This document shows positions 59,184 to 64,000 of a stretch of 64,000 nucleotides of DNA, one piece after another. Position 1 is the first letter of the stretch, and each line of letters begins with the position of its first letter. The position numbers and the translations under genes were made by a program. The notes beneath the pieces were generated by a model. It had not been told where the DNA came from, searched no databases, and saw only the letters and a list, made by a program, of their open reading frames with translations. The stretch spans positions 736,001 to 800,000 of the forward strand of contig CBDFKD010000002.1 in NCBI GenBank assembly GCA_965248695.1, written 5' to 3'. The DNA comes from Acidobacteriota bacterium (GTDB taxonomy: Bacteria; Acidobacteriota; UBA890; WLXD01).

Positions 59184-61317
59184 CTACGAGGCGAGTCGCA
59201 GGCCGCTGGCGGTTTCGGCATCGATCGATTCGATCAGCTGCTCCAGAGGCTGGGGGCGCCCAAGCAGAAAACCCTGCACCTCCTCGCAGCCACACTCACG
59301 GAGGAAAGTCAGCTGCTCGAGATGTTCCACGCCCTCGGCGATCACGCGCATCCCCAATCCTTGGCTCATCGCAATGATCGCTCGGACGATGCTCGCGTCG
59401 CGGGGGTCGGTGGTCACGTGCTCGACGAACGAGCGATCGATTTTGAGATGATCGATGGAGAATCGCTTCAGATAGCTCAGTGACGAGTACCCGGTGCCGA
59501 AATCATCGATAGCGATCTCGATCCCGGACTGCTTGAGCTGCCGCAGAGTCTCCTCGGTGAGCTCGGTGTGATCGATGAGGACACTCTCCGTGAGCTCGAT
59601 CTCGAGATGGTCGGCAGGATAGCCGGTGTCCCGCAATACGGCCCGGACGTCATCAACGAACTCGGCACGGCGGATCTGCGTCGCTGAGATGTTCACCGAC
59701 AGACGCAACGGCGGTGTCCCGGTTTCGTAGAGTGCCTGCCAGTCGCAGCAGGCCTGCCGCAGTACCCATTCGCCGATGGTCACGATCAACCCGGCTTCCT
59801 CCGCGATGGTCACGAACTCGGCCGGTGACAGCAGCCCGCGCTGCGGATGATCCCATCTCAGCAGCGCTTCGACCCCGGTGACGCTGCGGTCGCCAACCGC
59901 GTATTGCGGCTGGTAGTGGAGAACGAACTGGTTCTCCTCGATAGCCTGATGCAGCTCGCGCTCGATGGCGAGACGGTGCACGGCGCTATTGTTGATCGAC
60001 GGATCGAAGAAGTGGAAGCTCTCGCTACCACTTCCTTTGGCGACGTACATGGCGGCGTCGGCGTTCTGTAGCAGGGTTTCGGGGTTGTCGCCGTCGCGCG
60101 GGAACAGGGTGATGCCGATACTCGGGCTTATGTGAAGGTCCTTGCCTCCGGCCGACAGCGGTTGCGAGAACACTCGATGAATGCGCTCCGCGACCCGCGC
60201 CGCCTCGGCTTCGCGCTCGATACCCTCCAGCAGCACGATGAACTCATCACCACCGAAGCGCGCCACCGTGGGCTCCACGTGACGTCCGTCGAGTCTGCCG
60301 ACGGTATCGATGTCGCGGACGCAGCTGACGAGACGCTTGGCGGTTTCCACCAGCAGCTCGTCGCCGGCTGAATGTCCGAGCGTATCGTTGACTCTCTTGA
60401 AGCGGTCCAGATCGAGGAACAAGCACGCCACGTGCTTCCCGTCCCGTCGCGATCGAGCCAGTGCTTGTTCGAGGCGGGTCTCTAGCAGACGACGGTTCGG
60501 CAATCCGGTCAGCGCATCGCGATGCGCCAGGAACTCGACTCGTTGTTCCATCTCTTTTCGATCGGTGACGTCCTGACAGATGCCGACAAGCTTGGCTCCC
60601 TGGCTGCTGTCGTCGCGTCGCAGCTCGGCCTGTTCCACGATGAACCGCTCGCGTTCGTCGTCGACACGCAACCGGTACTGAACCAAGTACTTGCGCCCGC
60701 TCGCGCGGGCCAGAGAACGCGCTTGGACCACTGCGTCGCGGTCCTCCGGATGCACGCGCGCAATGAACTCGCTTTCTTCGCAAAGGGTCGCCGTCGCGAG
60801 CAGCTCACCGGATGGTTCCGAGAACGCCATCGTCGCGTCATCCGCCCGTGACTCCCAGCAGGCAAGCGACGCGAGTCGCTGAGCGTGCTCGAGCATTGCC
60901 TCGCGTCGCTCCAGCTCCTGGCGGTCGCGCGTGGCGCGTAGCATGTAGCGAACTCGTTTCGCCAGCAGGGGCCAGCTGACCGGCTTGGTGACGAAGTCGG
61001 TGGCGCCCATTTCGAAGGCGCGATCGATGGACTTGAGGTCTTTCAATCCCGTGAGCATGAGGATCGGAAGTTTCGAATGACGTTCGGAACGCCTTATGCG
61101 GCGACAGATTTCGAATCCGTCGATCCCCGGCATCACGACGTCGAAGCACGAGCAGCTGTGGGAAGTGCTTGTCGAGCTGCGTCAGAACGGCGGGTCCGTC
61201 TGCGGCTTCGAGCACGCGCATGCCCAATTGCTCGAGTGTCTCGCGGAAGAGAATACGAATCGTCAGGTCGTCGTCGGCGACCAGGACAGTCGGCGTGCCT
61301 TCGGTCAACTTGCTCAT
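59184..61317 (-). CDS. REC-PAS-GGDEF-EAL c-di-GMP enzyme, +1 frameshift near 61144
   Basis: VLVADDD...QLLVL joins DVVMPGIDG after removing one base; DALTGLPNR, RFGGDEF, VEALLRW, IDDFGTGYSS. Confidence 0.88.
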
Positions 61318-64000
61318 GCCGCTCGCTCATCGAGCGATACGAGCCGCGCTCGAACGGTGTCAATCTCGGCGACCAAGAGCGCTAGCTTGGCGTCTGCCGC
61401 ATTGAGGTCGTTTGCTAGCGCCATCGACTCAAGCGCAGCGCAAATCGCCGCCACATGCGTGGCGCCGATGTTGGCGCTACTGGACTTGAGCGAGTGGGCG
61501 GCCTCTGCCAGACCGGCAGCATTCCGACTAGTTGTGGCCGCTTGTATGGCCGCCATCGTTGTTACGGACGTCGACAGGTAGGCATCTGAGACGCGTTGCA
61601 GCAGGGAGGGCTGGCCGTCGCGCTGCAGGGCGCGGATCTCAGCGAGCACGCTCTCGTCGAGACACGCGGTGCCATCGGCTTCCGGGGGCTGGACCGCCGC
61701 AGTTGCATCGCCGTCTCGACCGTAGTGATCCGCCGACTGCACGTCGGTCAGCGGGCTGGCGGTCGCGTTCATCAGGCGGTGCCGCAGCTCTTTCTGATCG
61801 TACGGTTTGGTGAGGTAGTCATCCATACCTGCCGCGAGGCTCTTCTCCCGATCCCCAGGCATCGCATTGGCTGTCAAGGCGATAATCGGGACATGACCGC
61901 CATTACCGGATTCCAGACTCCGGATACGACGCGTGGCCTCGTAGCCGTCGACGAGCGGCATCTGGCAATCCATCAAGACGACATCGAAATCCCGAAGCCC
62001 GAAGGCGGTCAGAGCCTCTTCGCCGTTGCCGGCAACTTCGACCTGGCATCCGAGGTTTGTGAGCATCCCTTCGCAGATCTCCTGGTTCACCAGATTGTCC
62101 TCCACCAGGAGGACCCTCAAACTCAGATCTGCGGTGGGCTCTTGCCGGGTCTCGTTCGACCGAGCCGGAGCGGCCTCCGTGGCCATTGTCTTCAGCAGGA
62201 CGTTGAACAACCGCGACTGGCGAATCGGCTTGGCGAGGCACCGCTTGATGCCTAGTTTCGTCGCGGTCGCGTGGTCGAAGCCGGCGCCTTGCGAGGTGAG
62301 CATGACGAGAGTTGCCCCGGCAATCGATGGATCGGTGTTGATGTACTTGGTCAGTTCGAGGCCGTCCATCTCGGGCATGTTCATGTCGAGCAAGACGAGA
62401 TCGAACCGATCGCCCACGCCCGCGGCGTTGCGCAGCTTCTCGAGCGCCTTGAACCCATCCTGCGCCGATTCGCGGCGCATCCTCCAGGCGTCGGTCTGGT
62501 GTTCGAGAATCCGAAGGTTGGTCTCGTTGTCGTCCACCAGCAGGACGTGGATGCCATTGAGTCCGCCCTCGTCAGGGTGGGCCGATAACGAGGTCATTTG
62601 GACTCCGACGGTGAACCAGAAGGTGGTGCCTTCGCCTTCGGTACTGTCGAGACCGATCTCGCCGCCCATCGCCCGGCTGAGCTCTTGAGCGATCGCCAGA
62701 CCCAGGCCGGTGCCGCCAAAGCGGCGGCTCGTGGAGCTGTCGGCCTGTGCGAAGGCGTCGAAGATATGCTCCTGCACGTCCGCCGGGATGCCGATTCCTG
62801 TGTCGCGCACCTGGACGAGCACTGTCGCTCGGTCGCCGGTCATGTCGCAGGTGGTGACCGTTACGACGATCTCCCCGTTGTCCGTGAACTTGATGGCGTT
62901 GCTGACGAGGTTGGCCAGCACCTGGCGTAGCCGTCCGGGGTCGCCGATGGCGAGCCGAGGGGTGTCCTCGGCAAGGTGGCAGACGAGCTCGATGTCCTTC
63001 TCGTGAGCCCCGGTGGCGAACAGGCCGACCGCGTCTTCGATCGTCTCCCAAAAGTCGAACTCGACCTCTTCCATCACTAGCTTGCCGGCTTCGATCTTGG
63101 AGAAATCGAGGATGTCGTTGATGATGTCGAGCAGTGCTTCGCCCGACCGCCGTATGGTGCGCGCGAAGTCAATCTGCTTCTCGGTCATCTCGCTGTGCAG
63201 CAGCAGGTCGGTCATACCCAGCACTCCGTTCATCGGAGTGCGGATCTCATGGCTCATCGTGGCCAGGAAGTCGGACTTGGCTGCATTCGCCTGCTCGGCG
63301 AGCTTCTTTGCCGCGGTGATCTCTTCGTCCCGGCGCCGGATCTCCACAAGCATGTTGTTGAAGGCAGCCACCAGCGAGCCGATCTCGTCGCCGCCAAGTT
63401 GCTCGACGTTGACGTCGTAGTTCTTGTCGCGGGCGACGATAACTGCCGCCTCCGTGAGCTCGAGAATCGGCTCGGAGATCACCCGCTGGAGACGACTGGC
63501 AATCCCAATGGAGCCCAACATGGCGCCCAATGCAATTGCCGCGTAGCGCAAGAGCCTCCGGGAGCGTTCCGACATGTCGGCTTCCAGTGCGACGGTGCCG
63601 ACGCGTTCACCTTCCAGGATGATTGGCTGCATCACCAGCACACGTCCGCCACTGATCGAGTGCGATGCCTCGTCGGTGAGGATTGAGGGTGCCTCTTGAT
63701 CGGTGCCGGCGCCGAAGCGCGCGAACGACGCGCCTTCGCCATCGAAAATCTCGGCGCCGAGGATCGATCCCTCGGCGCCAAGCGCCGAAAGCGTAGCGCG
63801 CGCGTCGTCAGAGTCACCGAAGACAACGGCGCCGCGACTGTTGTCAGCGACAACGGTGGCCAGCATCTGCAGCTCGCGCGTGCGCGTCTCGATGAAGGTG
63901 GCCAGATCGTAGGCGGCGAAGGCGCCGCACACGAGCATGGCCGATAGGCCCGCAATCGATGCGATCAGCGTTAGCTTGTGCTGGATCGAGAGGTTCCGAA
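61314..64000 (-). CDS. Hybrid sensor histidine kinase (sensor-HAMP-HisKA-HATPase-REC-REC-Hpt); 5' end off the window
   Basis: FLATMSHEIRTPMNG, NLVSNAIKFT, GGTGLGL, two REC domains, AAHSLKSSS; the frame stays open to the window edge. Confidence 0.93.
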   Translation of the reverse strand, partial: RNLSIQHKLTLIASIAGLSAMLVCGAFAAYDLATFIETRTRELQMLATVVADNSRGAVVFGDSDDARATLSALGAEGSILGAEIFDGEGASFARFGAGTDQEAPSILTDEASHSISGGRVLVMQPIILEGERVGTVALEADMSERSRRLLRYAAIALGAMLGSIGIASRLQRVISEPILELTEAAVIVARDKNYDVNVEQLGGDEIGSLVAAFNNMLVEIRRRDEEITAAKKLAEQANAAKSDFLATMSHEIRTPMNGVLGMTDLLLHSEMTEKQIDFARTIRRSGEALLDIINDILDFSKIEAGKLVMEEVEFDFWETIEDAVGLFATGAHEKDIELVCHLAEDTPRLAIGDPGRLRQVLANLVSNAIKFTDNGEIVVTVTTCDMTGDRATVLVQVRDTGIGIPADVQEHIFDAFAQADSSTSRRFGGTGLGLAIAQELSRAMGGEIGLDSTEGEGTTFWFTVGVQMTSLSAHPDEGGLNGIHVLLVDDNETNLRILEHQTDAWRMRRESAQDGFKALEKLRNAAGVGDRFDLVLLDMNMPEMDGLELTKYINTDPSIAGATLVMLTSQGAGFDHATATKLGIKRCLAKPIRQSRLFNVLLKTMATEAAPARSNETRQEPTADLSLRVLLVEDNLVNQEICEGMLTNLGCQVEVAGNGEEALTAFGLRDFDVVLMDCQMPLVDGYEATRRIRSLESGNGGHVPIIALTANAMPGDREKSLAAGMDDYLTKPYDQKELRHRLMNATASPLTDVQSADHYGRDGDATAAVQPPEADGTACLDESVLAEIRALQRDGQPSLLQRVSDAYLSTSVTTMAAIQAATTSRNAAGLAEAAHSLKSSSANIGATHVAAICAALESMALANDLNAADAKLALLVAEIDTVRARLVSLDERAA

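Overview
GC-rich bacterial chromosomal window, probably Acidobacteriota (inferred from a PadR plus ADOP-type duplicated permease pair). It contains: a periplasmic redox cluster (cytochrome c, GSDH-type propellers, cupredoxin-like lipoprotein); a heme operon hemA-C-D-B-L-[orphan OmpR regulator]-hemE-hemN-hemY whose leading ferrochelatase is reduced to a 37-codon stub; three toxin-antitoxin-like pairs; ettA; a Calx-beta/FG-GAP secreted protein; two paralogous cytochrome c-PQQ dehydrogenases; a GcvT-like gene with two phytoene-dehydrogenase-like genes; many small enzymes; and a hybrid kinase plus REC-PAS-GGDEF-EAL pair. Main points the ORF track misses: (1) two genes with in-frame UGA exactly at the catalytic residue, each followed by a SECIS-like hairpin (a deiodinase-like selenoprotein and an exported rhodanese selenoprotein); (2) a PhoD phosphatase with an inserted fibronectin type II-like module; (3) a 191-bp MITE-like element inside the heme operon; (4) a ~220-bp duplicated gene junction bracketing an AbiE-type TA module; (5) five separate +1 indels and one in-frame TAG, probably sequencing errors or decay. 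No rRNA, tRNA or CRISPR array was seen. All family calls come from motif recognition by eye; no database searches were run.
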